Positions 1 to 12,895 of a DNA stretch of 64,000 nt are shown piece by piece (position 1 is the first letter of the stretch; the number at the start of each line of letters is the position of its first letter). The position numbers were made by a program, and so were the translations under genes. This stretch comes from Octopus sinensis (lineage: Eukaryota), in the NCBI RefSeq assembly GCF_006345805.1, contig NC_043000.1, forward strand, positions 153,016,001-153,080,000, written 5' to 3'. Under the pieces are notes generated by a model, which did not search any database, was not told the origin of the DNA, and saw nothing but the letters and a program-made list of their open reading frames with translations.

Positions 1-115
1 AATCACGACTATAAGATACCCGGTTTTGGTTAAACTGCACCGCAAAATGTGGGAGTAGTTAGGAATCTAAATCGTAAGAGACAGACACACAACCTCTCTT
101 TTATATATAAAGATG
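1..115 (+). mobile_element. 3' part of a Helentron-like non-autonomous element (HINE/DINE-1-like), cut by the window edge
   Basis: Near-identical to the 3' portions of 56813-57120 (+) and 42093-42489 (-); same end ...TTTTATATATAAAGAT. Confidence 0.6.
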
Positions 116-659
116 TCAAAGGAGATAAGTGTATTTGCTGTAATAGTAGGGCTATAGTAATCTTGTGTCTTCCTGAGAAGTTCATATTCTAGTTTAGTTG
201 AATCAATATCAGAAATCATTGCACCAGAGTCAGAGTGCAGTTTCTGCTAAAAAAGATAATTGTCATTATCTTTATTGCAAGGCATCTGTAGGAGAAATGC
301 AGAGAGTGACATCAGGACACATTCATTGCATTTCTGGATCTGCTAATAGCTTTTCATTTAGTAACTTTGAAATTATTTCTGACTCGGACTCCAGTTTTAC
401 TTTGTCTGTAAGTGTTGCAATTATTTATGCCTGACTACCAATCTTGTACATAATACTACCAGATTAGTGGTTGGGCATAAATAGCTAAACTACCAGTTAA
501 TATCTCCAGAGGTGACGTCTTCAATGAGTGGTACACTGAAATATATCCAACCATGTAAGAAAAGGGTTGCTTTAAAAAGGAAAGAAAAGAAAGTAACAGA
601 GTTAACTGGTTATCGTATGAGGGACTACAACTAATGACAAGACACCATGAAATCCTTCA

Positions 660-3600
660 AATCCATGCTAGCATGGGTTTTGGACGGTTCGACCAGGGTT
701 CTGGGAAGCCAGAAGGCTGCACCAGGCTCCAGTCTAATCTGGCAATGTTTCTACAGCTGGATGCCCTTCCTAACGCCAACCACTCCGTGAGTGTAGTGGG
801 TGCTTTTTACGTGCCACATGCACAGGTGCCAGGCGGGGCTGGCAACGGCCACGGTCAGATGGTGTATTATTTTGTGCCACCGGCACGGAAGCCAGTCGAG
901 GCGGTGCTGGCATCGGCCACGAGTCGGATAGTGCTTTTTACGTACCACCAGACCAGGGATCCTGGCTGGTTCAATTCGATTTCGATTTCGCTTGCCCCAA
1001 CATGTCTTCACAAGCAAAGCGGGGTTGGCATGGGTGCCTGTCGTACGGTCGCATTGGAGTATTTTACGTGCCACGGCCACGAGTCGATAGTGCTTTTTAC
1101 GTACCACCAGGCCAGGGATCCTGGCTGGTTCAATTCGGTTTCGATTTCGATTGCCCCCAAACATGTTCTTCGCAAGCATGGGGGGTGGCGGGGTGTCGTG
1201 TGGGTGTCTTTCGGGTGAGGTTCTATATCGACTTCGCTTGCCTCAGCCGGTTTGCGTCCAGGGGAGGAAAGGCATTCATAAGTGGGCTGGGCTCACTTGT
1301 CCTGCCTGGTCTTCTCACGTACAGAATATTTCCAAAGGTCTCGGTCGCTGGTCATTTCCTCAGTGAGGCCTAAAGTTCGAAGGTCGTGCTTCACCACCTC
1401 GTCCCAGGTTTTCCTGGGTCTACCTCTTCCACGGGTTCCCTCAACTGCTAGGGATTGCACTTTTCTCACACACCATCTTCATCCATTCTCGCCACATGAC
1501 CATACCAGCGCAATCGTCTCTCTTGCACACCACAACTGATGCTTCTTAGGTTACAACATTTCTCTCAAGGTGCTAACGCTCTGTCGAGTATGTACACTGA
1601 CATTACACATCCATCGGAGCATACTGGCTTCATTCCTCACGAGCTTACGCATGTCCTCAGCAGTCACGGCCCATGTTTCGCTGCCATGTAGCATGGCTGT
1701 TCGTACACACGCATCATACAGTCTGCCTTTTACTCTGAGCGAGAGGCCTTTAGTCACCAGCAGAGGTAAGCGCTCCCTAAACTTTGCCCAGGCTATTCTT
1801 ATTCTAGCAGTTACACTTTCAGCGCACCCACCCCCACTACTGACTTGGTCACCTAGATAACGGAAGCTATTAACTACTTCTAGTTTTTCCCCCTGGAAGT
1901 GACGGAAGTTGTTTTCTGCAGATTTTCGGAGGTAATGCTCCCGAGCATCTGCCACATACAAAAACTATCTTCCCAGTTAGCCTACCTTTGACATTGCTGC
2001 ACCTCTTATGTGTCCATAGCTTACACTGGGTACATCTTATAGAGTTTCTACCTACACCTTTTCTACAGATCGAGCAGGGCCATCTTCCTGAAGATATTTG
2101 TGGATTGTCTACCTTTCTACTTATTAGTACTTTGGTTTTAGCTAGGTTGACTCTAAGGCCCCTTGATTTAAACCCTCCTTCCACACCTGGAACTTCTCCT
2201 CCAGTTCTGATAGTGACTCAGCAATAAGAGCAAGGTCGTCAGCGTAGAGGAGCTCCCAGGGACAGCCTGTCTTGAATTCCTCCGTAATTGCCTGGAGTAC
2301 TATGATAAATAGGAGGGGGCTGAGTACTGAACCTGGTGGACCCCAACCTCTACTTTGAATTCTTCTGTGTACATGTTGCCAACCCTAACCTTACTTACGG
2401 CATCTCTGTACATGGCTTGCACAGTCCTCACCAGCCATTCATCTATCCCTAGTTTCCTCATTGACCACCAGATAAGGGATCGGGGGACCCTATCAAAAGC
2501 TTTCTCCATGTCAACGAAAGCCAGGTACAGGGGCTTATCTTTGGCTAGGTATTTCTCCTGCAGCTGCCTTACCAGGAATATAGCATCAGTGGTACTTTTC
2601 CCTGGCACGAACCCAAACTGCATCTCATCTAACTAACTCTCTCTCTAATTAGTTGGGCTATGACCCTCTCCGTAACCTTCATTACTTGATCCAACAGCTT
2701 GATACCTCTGTAATTATTTGTATCTAGGGCATCCTTTACCTTTGTAGCAGTTGACTAGTATGCTGCTGCACCAGTCATTGGGTATGACTCCTTCGTGTAT
2801 CACCTGGTTGACTATACGGGTGACTAGGTTATAGCGACACTACCAGATATTTTGAGCATCTCTGCAGTAATTCCTGATGGGCCTGGGGCTTTCCCTGTCT
2901 TCATGCTTCTAATTGCCTTAGCTACCACGGAACTATCAACTCGGATAGCTGGTCCCTCTGTAGGGTCAAGATTCGGCAGACTCTCTTTATCCCATTCATT
3001 TTCCTCATTCAGCAACCTTTCATAGTGGCGTCTCCAAGCTTCTCTCTTTGCATCCTCATTTAGCGCAAGTGAACCATCCTCCATGCGAACACATTTCTCT
3101 CCTACCACATCACGATTCTCTCTCACACACTGTCTTGCAACACGAAATACCTCAAGTCTTTCATCCTCACGGCGCAGGACATTGGCAAATTTTCTCTTAT
3201 CTGCTTCCCCTCTGGCTAGATAGACCTGTCTCCTAGCTTCCCTTCTGGCAGTCTGATACCCTTCCCTGCTACCACCGTTCTTCCAGGCCTTCCAAGCCTG
3301 TTTCTTTTGTCTAATAGCCCTGTCAACAATATTGTTCCACCACCACGTTATTTTGGGTCTTAAGGGGACTTTGCACCAGCCACAGATCTGGTCAGCGGCT
3401 TTCAGCAGGTTGTCCCTCAGAAACGTCCAGTTGTCTTCTACCCCATGTGTAGCTATACCCCCTTCCACTTCGTCAAAGGCTTCAAGTAACATATCTCTAA
3501 ATCTCTGTCCATTCGCAGGGTCTTTAAGCTTCCAGACCCTTCTTCTCCATGTTGGTCGTCTTCTAGTCGCCCACTTTGTCCTGATCCTAAAGTCACTAAC

Positions 3601-5760
3601 TACCAGTCTATGTTGTGGGGTGCATTCTTCGCCTGGGAAGGTTTTGGCATTTATAAGCAGCCATCTTTCCCTTTTTCTGGCAAGGATGTAGTCGATTTGG
3701 CTAGTATGCCGGCCCGATCGGTAGGTGACCAGGTGGCTTGTTGGTTTCCTGAAGTTAGTGTTGCAGACCATAAGACTATTCGCATCGCAGAACTCCAGCA
3801 GCCTGGTTCCCCCCTCGTTGCGGGAACCATAACCGTAGCCGCCATGTACGCCATGGAAGCCCCCAGCATGTCATCCAACATGCCCATTGAAATCACCAGC
3901 CACAAACAGAAGGTCCCTGTTGTTCGTCAATGAGGTGGTCTGCAGTAGGGTGTCATAGAAACTGTCTTTCTGTCCATCGGGTAGCCCTGGCTGAGGGGCA
4001 TAGGCCGATATAATGGTTGCTAATCTATTATGAAGCACTATTCTAATCTTAAGTATTCTGTCACTTACTCTGATTACCTCAATTACTCTATCTATCCATT
4101 TCTCAGCGATAAGTATACCCACGCCACCAACCCCGTCAGTGTTCCCTGCCCAGAAAATCTTGTACCTGTGTTCCTTGCCTGTGAGGACCCTAGCAGATCC
4201 TCCTCTCCACCTTATTTCTTGCATACAACATACATCAACACGTCTCCGTTCAAGCATCTCGACTATCTCGCCAGACCTACCTTTCAATGTGCCAACGTTG
4301 AGGGTGCCCACCCTGAGGGTGTGGGAGGTGTGGGCCTCTGAGACCCTGGGATGAGGGACAGCAGTGTTATGTACCTGAAAAGAAAGCTTGCATTTGCCAG
4401 ATATCATACTGAGACTCTAGACTACAACCTGCATAAATTTCACAGTTTTTGCGCTATATGATCACAATAAACCCTACATAGGGGTGCGGGGGGGGGTCAA
4501 GAAAGATAGAAAACAGAAACTTCCGGTTCTGGTGGATGGGTGGTAGGGCGGGGTCACCTCGAAGGAACCACAGGTTTTAAGTTAATACGTAGGGAATTTT
4601 CTGCGACAGAAATTACTGAACATCTAGAAACTTCGGGGTTCGAGTAAAACATAATATAAATAGGGGAGAGAGAGAGAATATTGTAGTGAATTCTGGGAAT
4701 GGAATAATAACGGGATGACACTGAAATTAAAGGAGGAATTTAAAATGCATGACAGACAGGAAGCCATGCATACAAGATGGCGAAATAAATAATAGAGAAA
4801 CGGGATTTAGAGTTACGAATCAACGCTTAAAAAAATGAATATGAATGACAGGTTGTAAGTTAAATTCGCTTAGCTGGTCATTTTTCGAGTCAGTGTTTTG
4901 TCAGCAAGATGTAGAATCGAGAAGAGGGACGAGATAAATCGAACACTGCTTTATAAGAGTTAGGGATTGGGGGGGGGGATTATCAGGTGGCAGCATGAGG
5001 AAAGAGAGAGGGGGAAGAAAGAGAGAGAGAGAGCTAAGGAACAACAGGTTTTAAGTTAATACGTAGGGAATTTTCTGCAACAGAATTACTGAACATCTAG
5101 AAACTTCGGGGTTCGAGAAGAACGTAATAAATAAGAGAGAGAGAGAGAGAGAAAATATTTTGTAGGGAATTTAGGGAATCTTTGGGGAAGGAATAACAAC
5201 GAAGGAACAACAGGTTTTAAGTTAATACGTAGGGAATTTTCTGCAAACAGAAATTACTGAACATCTAGAAACTTCGGGGTTCGAGAAGAACGTAATATAA
5301 ATAAGAGAGAGAGAGAAAATATTTCGTAGGGAATTTAGGGTATCTTTGGGGAAAGGAATAATGACGAAGGAACAACAGGTTTTAAGTTAATACGTAGGGA
5401 ATTTTCTGCGACAGAAATTACTGAACATCTAGAAACTTCGGGGTTCGAGAAAAACATAATATAAATAAGAGAGAGAGAAAATATTTCGTAGGGAATTTAG
5501 GGTATCTTTGGGGAAAGGAATAATGACGAAGGAACAACAGGTTTTAAGTTAATACGTAGGGAATTTTCTGCAACAGAAATTACTGAACATCTAGAAACTT
5601 CGGGGTTCGAGAAGAACGTAATATAAATAAGAGAGAGAGAAAATATTTCGTAGGGAATTTAGGGTATCTTTGGGGAAAGGAATAATGACGAAGGAACAAC
5701 AGGTTTTAAGTTAATACGTAGGGAATTTTCTGCGACAGAAATTACTGAACATCTAGAAAC
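660..5760 (-). mobile_element. Near full-length RTE-clade non-LTR retrotransposon (APE endonuclease + RT), inactivated
   Basis: Consecutive minus-strand ORF pieces: APE (TLNVGTLKG...CCMQEIRW, AYAPQ, GDFNGHVG), RT (QFGFVPGKSTTDAIF, FVDMEKAFDRVPR, LYADDLAL at ~2223-2251), RTE C-terminus (MLHGSETWA; GRGRPRKTW at ~1400); in-frame TGA at 3871-3873 and several frameshifts; 3' UTR ~660-1320 matches many short copies in the window. Confidence 0.92.
5035..5760. repeat. Tandem array of ~162-166-bp units (about 4.5 copies) plus a detached copy at ~4561-4680
   Basis: AGGAACAACAGGTTTTAAGTTAATACGTAGGGAATTTTCTGC...CTAGAAACTTCGGGGTTCGAG recurs at ~4561, 5035, 5201, 5366, 5528, 5690. Confidence 0.95.
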
Positions 5761-5920
5761 TTGAAAAACAGAAAAAACAGAAACTTGAAAAACAGAAATG
5801 AAATGATGATAATGATGATGTAAATCAATGTCTGATTTTTAAAATTTTCCACTCAATGCTTGAAAGTGTTTCTTTCTCTTCGTTATGTTTGTCTGTGTCC
5901 ATTCTAATTAAATGTACACA

Positions 5921-6081
5921 GCGCAGGAGTGGCTGTGTGGTAAGTAGCTTGTTTACCAACCACATGGTTCCGGGTTCAGTCCCACTGCGTGGCACCTTGG
6001 GCAAGTGTCTTCTACTATAGCCTCGGGCTGACCAAAGCCTTGTGAGTGGATTTGGTAGACGGAAACTGAAAGAAGCCCGTC

Positions 6082-6116
<35 letters not shown>

Positions 6117-6335
6117 TGTGTGTATTTGTGTGTCTGTGTTTGTCCCCCTAGCATTGCTTGACAACCGATGCTGGTGTGTTTATGTCCCCGTCACTTAGCA
6201 GTTCGGCAAAAGGTATCGATAGAATAAGTACTGGGCTTACAAAAGAATAAGTCCCGGGGTCGAGTTGCTCGATTAAAGGCGGTGCTCCAGCATGGCCGCA
6301 GTCAAATGACTGAAACAAGTAAAATAGTAAAAGAG
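5921..6335 (+). mobile_element. tRNA-derived SINE, family A (CORE-like)
   Basis: A box TGGCTGTGTGG, B box GGTTCAGTCCC, CCTTGGGCAAGT CORE-like motif, internal (TA)n/(TG)n, tail GGCGGTGCTCCAGCATGGCCGCAGTCAAATGACTGAAACAAGTAAAAGAG; more than 10 copies in window. Confidence 0.9.
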
Positions 6336-6665
6336 ATATTCTATTTGAATAATTGTAGCTCTTTAGGTTCATTCTTTCATTTAAAAATTTCAAAAATGTA
6401 AATATTTATTTCTAAACTGGTCTGTGATTTGCGAGATTCTCTCTACTCTGAGATAACATTGAAGAATGTTAGGTTAATAATGAGAGCCCAGCTATATGAT
6501 GTTAAGTTATAAAGTTATAATTATGCTGATGAATATTTCATACATACTGTCTTTCTTCCTCTGTATTTTCCTGTTTGACTATACTCACAAATAATATATA
6601 TGCACAAATATATACTTTGAACAATCATAGAGCGTAAATATATTTGAGTTTGAGTGTGTGTTTAT

Positions 6666-6929
6666 ATCATCATCATCATCATTTAGCATCCGCTTTCCAT
6701 GCTGGCATGGGTTGGATGGTTCTACTGGGGTCTGGGAAGCCAGAAGGCTGCACCAGGCCCAGTCTGATCTGGCAGTGTTTCTACAGCTGGATGCCCTTCC
6801 TAACGCCAACCACTCCATGAGTGTAGTGGGTGCTTTTTACATGCCACCCGCACAGGTGCCAGACGAGGCTGGCAATAGCCATGATCGGATGGTGCTTTTT
6901 ATGTGCCACCGGCACAGAGGCCAGCCATG
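6666..6929 (-). mobile_element. 5'-truncated copy of the RTE 3' end with (GAT)n tail
   Basis: Matches 660-900 (CCATGCTAGCATGGG...GGATGCCCTTCCTAACGCCAACCACTCC) and starts with (CAT)n. Confidence 0.85.
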
Positions 6930-7653
6930 TATATATATTAATATGTATATTTATCTGTACTCATGCACACATATATACGCCTACATACATAAGTGTATGT
7001 TTATTTATATGTATGTGAATAGGTACATGTGTACAAATATGCATGTATATGTGTGTATGTATATATGCATAGATATATATATATACACATATGTATATTC
7101 AAAGCTATTGCCTTTAAAATATTTTTCTTTAAATTTTGACATCTTTTATGCAACTTTGTTTTATAATGAACAGATGTGAATGATTTTTGTGCAAATGTAT
7201 GAGTTTGTGTGCTTTGTATATATATATATGTGTGTGTGTGTGGTTGTGTGTGTGGTTGTGCATGTGTTCAAAAAGATGAAAGCAGTATGTAGGTAGGAAA
7301 TGTACGAGAGAGGGTGCAGGCAGAACAAAGAAACCAAAATTAAATAATAATAATAATATTGATGATGATGATGATGATGATAAAAGCTGATAAAGGTTCC
7401 CCTCTCCATGAAACCTAGTCTAGAAATTCTAAAATGATGCTAGAAATTAACAGAATGTGTTGAGATGATAAAGATGTAAACAACTCTGACTACAAGTTTA
7501 CTAAGTGTACAAAGTATATTTAGCAGTCATGCGGAAATTGTTGTTGTAGGTAGTAATGATGATGGGAGTGGTGGTGGTGGTAGAAGTGGTAGTATTGGTG
7601 TTGGTTTGTTGGTGGTGGTAGTGTTGATGAGTGTAGATGATGGGGTACATTAT

Positions 7654-7871
7654 ACTCTCTTACTCTCTTTTACTTGTTTCAGTCATTTGACTGCGGCCAT
7701 GCTGGAGCACCGCCTTTAATCGAGCAACTCGACCCCAGGACTTATTCTTTTGTAAGCCCAGTACTTATTCTATCGGTCTCTTTTGCCGAACTGCTAAGTG
7801 ACGGGGACGTAAACACACCAGCATCGGTTGTCAAGCAATGCTAGGGGAACAAACACAGACACACAAACACG

Positions 7872-7909
<38 letters not shown>

Positions 7910-8080
7910 CATATATACGACAGGCTTCTTTCAGTTTCCATCTACCAAATCCACTCACAAGCCATTGGTCGGCCCGAGGCTATAGTAGAAGACACTTGCC
8001 CAAGATGCCACGCAGTGGGACTGAACCCGGAACCATGTGGTGGTGAACAAGCTACTTACCACACAGCCACTCCTGCGCCT
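7654..8080 (-). mobile_element. SINE family A
   Basis: Reverse complement of the 5921-6335 consensus, full length. Confidence 0.9.
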
Positions 8081-8284
8081 ATGATGCTGTTTGTAGTATA
8101 AGTTGTAGTAGTGCTGGTTGTCGTGTCGTTGGTACTAGTGCTACTATTGAAGCTGTTGTAACTAGTAAAACAGGGTTAGGGATTAGTGAGAAGCACCAGT
8201 GAGCTGAAGGAAAGAAAAAAAACCCAAAAAAACATAGCTTTGAACTTTGAACATTGTTGGGCCTTTTACCTGCTTTGAGGAAAG

Positions 8285-8714
8285 TGAAAATCGAAATCGA
8301 AATCTTTCAACATGAATGGAAATTGTAGCTGAGATACCAGTGCCGGTGACACGTAAGAGAACCATCCGAACGTGGCCGTTGCCAGCTCCGCCCCGATGGC
8401 CTCCGCGCCGGTGGCACGTAAAAAGCACCATCCGATCGTAGCCGTTTGCCAGCCCCGTCTGGCCCCCATGCCGGTGGCACGTAAAAAGCACCATCCGATC
8501 GTGGCCGTTTGCTAGCCTCAGCTGGCACCTGTGCAGGTGGCACATAAAAAGCACCCACTACACTCTCGGAGTGGTTGGCATTAGGAAGGGCATCCAGCTG
8601 TAGAAACACTGCCAGATCAGACTGGAGCCTGACGCAGCCTTCTGGCTTCCCAGACCCCAGTTGAACCGTCCAACTCATGCTAGCATGGAAAACGGACGTT
8701 AAACGATGATGATG
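8285..8714 (+). mobile_element. 5'-truncated copy of the RTE 3' end with (GAT)n tail
   Basis: Reverse complement of the RTE 3' UTR with several ~60-bp GTGGCACGTAAAAAGCACC subunits; ends GGACGTTAAACGATGATGATG. Confidence 0.85.
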
Positions 8715-9878
8715 GGCCAAATTCTATTTCCTTCAAACTAACCGATGACCATTTAGTCTGCCAACCAGCCTACCACTACTGTTACTACTACTCAAATGTC
8801 CTCTGTCTTTCTGGTCTTTACTACTGTGGACCATCCCTACTTAAATCCATCCATTACTCTCCTTTTCTTGTCTATTACTCTCCTTTTCTTGTCACCCCTG
8901 TTATGTCTGTCCAACCTTTACTATGGTAAATTCTTTGTATTGCTTTTTTTCTCTTATAACTGTAACTCCCTTCCTATCTACATGCCTCTAACAACCACCA
9001 ACATGCAGAATTTAGAAGAAAACCAATAAATCAAATCCGTATCATCAATACATACCTAGCCTCATTGATGCTAGCTACCATGCAACACCACACACTTGAA
9101 TGTATCAAGTGTGTGGATTGAGAAATTCTTTGTTGTTACATAAAGTGTCAGCTCCCTGAAATGCTGTTTCCTTTTTTACAGAAACTACTATACTTCTGCT
9201 ACAATACATCTGACATTAACTGTTGTTATTTAGCTCCTTATCAGCCCTTGTCAAGCAAACTTATTGTCAGAGACATCCTACTCTCCAGTCTGAGAGAGCC
9301 TGAAAAGCTTTAAGCACCTGAAAGTACTTTTTCTGGGTTACTTTGCTGTAATACTAATCATAACTTACAGTAATTTCTTGATGCATTTTTCAAATAAAGA
9401 AGGTAAGCTGTATTTAGGAACTATATTGTATTTAGGAACTATATTGGTATTGTAAATACCTTGTCTTTTCTACAAGTATTTGTGACATAAGTTGAGTGGA
9501 ATGACTTCAGCTGAGCACCTAAAGCAGGATTAAACACTGTTCAGAATGGGAAATTAATCAATTGAAAATATCCCATCATAATTCATTAATACTGCTGTTC
9601 TCTGGAGATAACATTTATTATCCATTCTCATGGACTAAACAGAATAGGAGAATACAAAGAATGGACTAAATAGAACAGGAGGATACAGAGAATGGACTCA
9701 GCAGGACAAGAGGATACATGTGGGATAGAAGAGTTTTTGAAGAGGTCACAGGTATGTGATGAAAGATTTCCAGACAATGGACATAAGATAAAACAAGAAC
9801 AACAATAAACAAGTGAAGAGCGAATATATAGTGCTTGTGTTTTTTTTTAAATTTATTATGTTATTTATTTTCTTCTAG

Positions 9879-10000
9879 CTTGTTGACCCTGGTGATGTGC
9901 TTGAACATGGAGAAGTGCGTGACAGCAACCGCATAACGTTAATATCTTTAATGAAGGAACATGGTTTCAAGACTATTGATCTGGGTATTGCTGAAGACAG
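9879..10000 (+). CDS. GPHN: Gephyrin E-domain internal exon (LVDPGDVLEHGEVRDSNRITLISLMKEHGFKTIDLGIAED-)
   Basis: TTTTCTTCTAG acceptor, GTAATG donor at 10001; aligns to vertebrate gephyrin [40 protein letters not shown]; 122 nt, phase 0 to 2. Confidence 0.93.
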
Positions 10001-10887
10001 GTAATGTCAGTTTGAGATTTTCTTAATAAAGTAATTGTGATGCAGTGTGAGAACATTTGGTTGAGGGTGCCATCATATTGCAAAAGTTCGGGCATGGCTG
10101 TGTGGTTAGGGAGCTTGCTTCCTAGCTACATATGGTTTCGGGTTCAATCCCACTGCATGGCACTTTGGGTAGGTGTCTTCCACTATAGCCCCGAGCCGAC
10201 CGGAGCTTTGTGATTGAATTCGGTAGGTGGAAGTTACTGCCGTGTGTATATGTGTGCGTATAGCTGCTCAGTGCCTCTCCGAAAGAGAGAGAGAGAGAGG
10301 GTATGGTTGATTGGGTGAAAAATAATTATACAACATTGAAATAAAATATTCTGAAACCAGTATTAACCCTTTTACCATGGAGATCTGGAGATCATATATA
10401 TATGCTCAAAATTTCATAACTCTTAACTACAGAAAACAGTTTTATATATGAATCTATCCTTCGTTGAGGAATGTCATTTTTGAAACTACTTTTTGTTGAA
10501 ATGTTGTCCAGTTTATTGAAGCACTGTGACTTGCAGAGGATACCAGGTCTATTTATTTATTAGGTATTTAGCGTCATTACTAGAATAACCATGAAATTTA
10601 AGTATTACTCACTAAGAATTTCATTAAAAAATCATTATATGTGCACTTAAATGAATTTATTGGTGTTCAAAGATTATCAGGTCACAAATGTTCATTTTTC
10701 TTGAAAAAACCAAAAGCAGACCAACTTTGAATTTCTTAATGATTGAAAACAATGTTGATGTAAGTTCATTTATTAAATAATGTTAGTGAAGTGTTTGATG
10801 AGTAGTTCTTAATATTGTCATCACAACATTTCTTTCAAACTGTAGTTTCAAAGCCATTCCACTTGAATTTTGGTCTTAATGCCATAT

Positions 10888-11315
10888 AGGCGCAGGAGTG
10901 GCTGTGTGGTAAGTAGCTTGTTTACCAACCACATGGTTCCGGGTTCAGTCCCACTGCGTGGCATCTTGGGCAAGTGTCTTCTACTATAGTCTCGGGCCGA
11001 CCAATGGCTTGTGAGTGGATTTGGTAGACGGAAACTGAAAGAAGCCCATCGTATATATGTATATATATGTATATATATGTATATATATATGTGTGTGTGT
11101 GTTTGTGTGTCTGTGCTTGTCCCCCTAGCATTGCTTGACAACCGATGCTGGTGTGTTTATGTCCCCGTTACTTAGCGGTTTGGCAAAAGAGACCGATAGA
11201 ATAAGTACTGGGCTTACAAAAGAATAAGTTCCGAGGTCGAGTTGCTCGATTAATAGGCAGTGCTCCAGCATGGCCGCAGTCAAATGACTGAAATAAATAA
11301 AAGAGTAAAAGAGAG
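10888..11315 (+). mobile_element. SINE family A
   Basis: Full-length match to family consensus. Confidence 0.9.
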
Positions 11316-11922
11316 AAAGAGAGAGAGCTTAATTGTCTGATTGTAATCTCAACTGAAAACTCTACTTGTTTGATTTCTTTAAGGATTTTATAAACTGCTT
11401 ATAAGATTAACTAGACTTAGCAAATAGTTACTTACTGTCATCTAGATAAGTGGTCTCAGGGAGTTTGTAAGCAGTTGCACAACCTGTTAGAAATAACTAC
11501 CGATTCACCCTCAAATGACATTTTATCATCTTATGGAAAATATACTTTGGACAACAATATGAAAAACTGGAATGTCTTTGATCATATGTCTGCTTGATTG
11601 GGGTTGACATGTGGCTAAATACCAACAGCAATGCTGGACATAGTCGTAATAGAACTACAGAAGTTATAGTACCAAAGGAATAGAATATCAGAGAACTGCT
11701 CCTTTTGCAACAAATGGGCTCTCAATCTATACTTATGACAATTATAGTAAGAATGTGTCAGACGTGTGATGTTGCACAGTAGTAAGGCATGGGATGCTGG
11801 ATGGGGAAATAAATGCAGAAACAGGAGAGGGAGCAATGTGAATGAAATAGATGATGAGTGAAAAAGAAGTGCCATGAATTGACAATGGAACTTATTTGTG
11901 AGAAAAGATTAAGAAAGATTAT

Positions 11923-12335
11923 AGGAGCAGGAGTGGCTGTGTGGTAAGTAGCTTGCTAACCAACCACATGGTTCCGGGTTCAGTCCCACTGCGTGGCATC
12001 TTGGGCAAGTGTCTTCTGCTAATAGCCCCGGGCTGACCAATGCCTTGTGAGTGGATCTGGTAGACGGAAACTGAAAGAAGCCTGTCGTATATATGTGTAT
12101 ATATATAAGTGTGTGTGTATATGTTTGTGTGTCTGTGTTTGTCCCCCTAGCATTGCTTGACAACTGATGCTGGTGTGTTTACGTCCCCGTCACTTAGCGG
12201 TTCGGCAAAAGAGACCGATAGAATAAGTACTGGGCTTACAAAGAATAAGTCCCGGGGTCGAGTTGCTCGACTAAAGGCGGTGCTCCAGCATGGCTGCAGT
12301 CAAATGACTGAAACAAGTAAAAGAGTAAGAGTAAA
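11923..12335 (+). mobile_element. SINE family A
   Basis: Full-length match to family consensus. Confidence 0.9.
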
Positions 12336-12547
12336 GGCTTTGGAAAAGTGGTGAGGTCAATATCTCAAGATATTGGTTGGGCCTAATTGTTGACATGACA
12401 CGAAATTAAGAGGATAGTAATATTTTATACTGTAAACCTGTTCCAACCTATGTTAACCTGGAAAAACAGATTTTAAAAGTATGATGATGATGACGATTCA
12501 TACATTCCTGATTACAGTGTTGATAATTACAATTCTTTCTAATATTA

Positions 12548-12895
12548 CATCATCATCATTATCATCCTTTAACATCCGCTTTCCATGCTAGCATGGGTTG
12601 GACGATTAGACTGAGGACTGGCGAACCAGATGGCTGCGCCAGTCTCCAATCTGATCTGGCAGAGTTTCTACAGCAGGATGCCCTTCCTAATGCCAACCAC
12701 TCCGAGAGTGTAGTGGGTGATTTTACATGCCACTGGCACAATGGCCAGTCTTGCAGTACTGGCAATGACCACACTCGAATTGGTGTTTTTGACGTACCAC
12801 CTGCACAGGAGTCAGTCCAGCGGCACTGGCAACGACCTCGCTCGAATATTTTGTTCACGTGCCAGTAAGGCGACACTGGTAACGATCACGCTGAA
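12548..12895 (-). mobile_element. Truncated RTE 3'-end copy with (GAT)n tail
   Basis: (CAT)n then TTTAACATCCGCTTTCCATGCTAGCATGGG...GGATGCCCTTCCTAATGCCAACCAC. Confidence 0.8.

Noticed and set aside
634-4354. Plus-strand and alternate-frame ORFs over the RTE element
   Set aside because: Shadows of the minus-strand APE/RT frame or translations of its repetitive 3' UTR; no independent motifs.
4561-5760. CRISPR-like regular repeats
   Set aside because: Whole units are repeated with no unique spacers, units are ~162 bp, and the context is eukaryotic.
5825-6154. Recurrent ORFs such as MLGGQTQTHKH... / MSSNARGTNTDTQT...
   Set aside because: Antisense translations of SINE family A, repeated at every copy.
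9628-9720. Three ~31-bp tandem units (AATGGACTAAA..GGA..ATACA)
   Set aside because: Ordinary minisatellite with no structural or coding signal.
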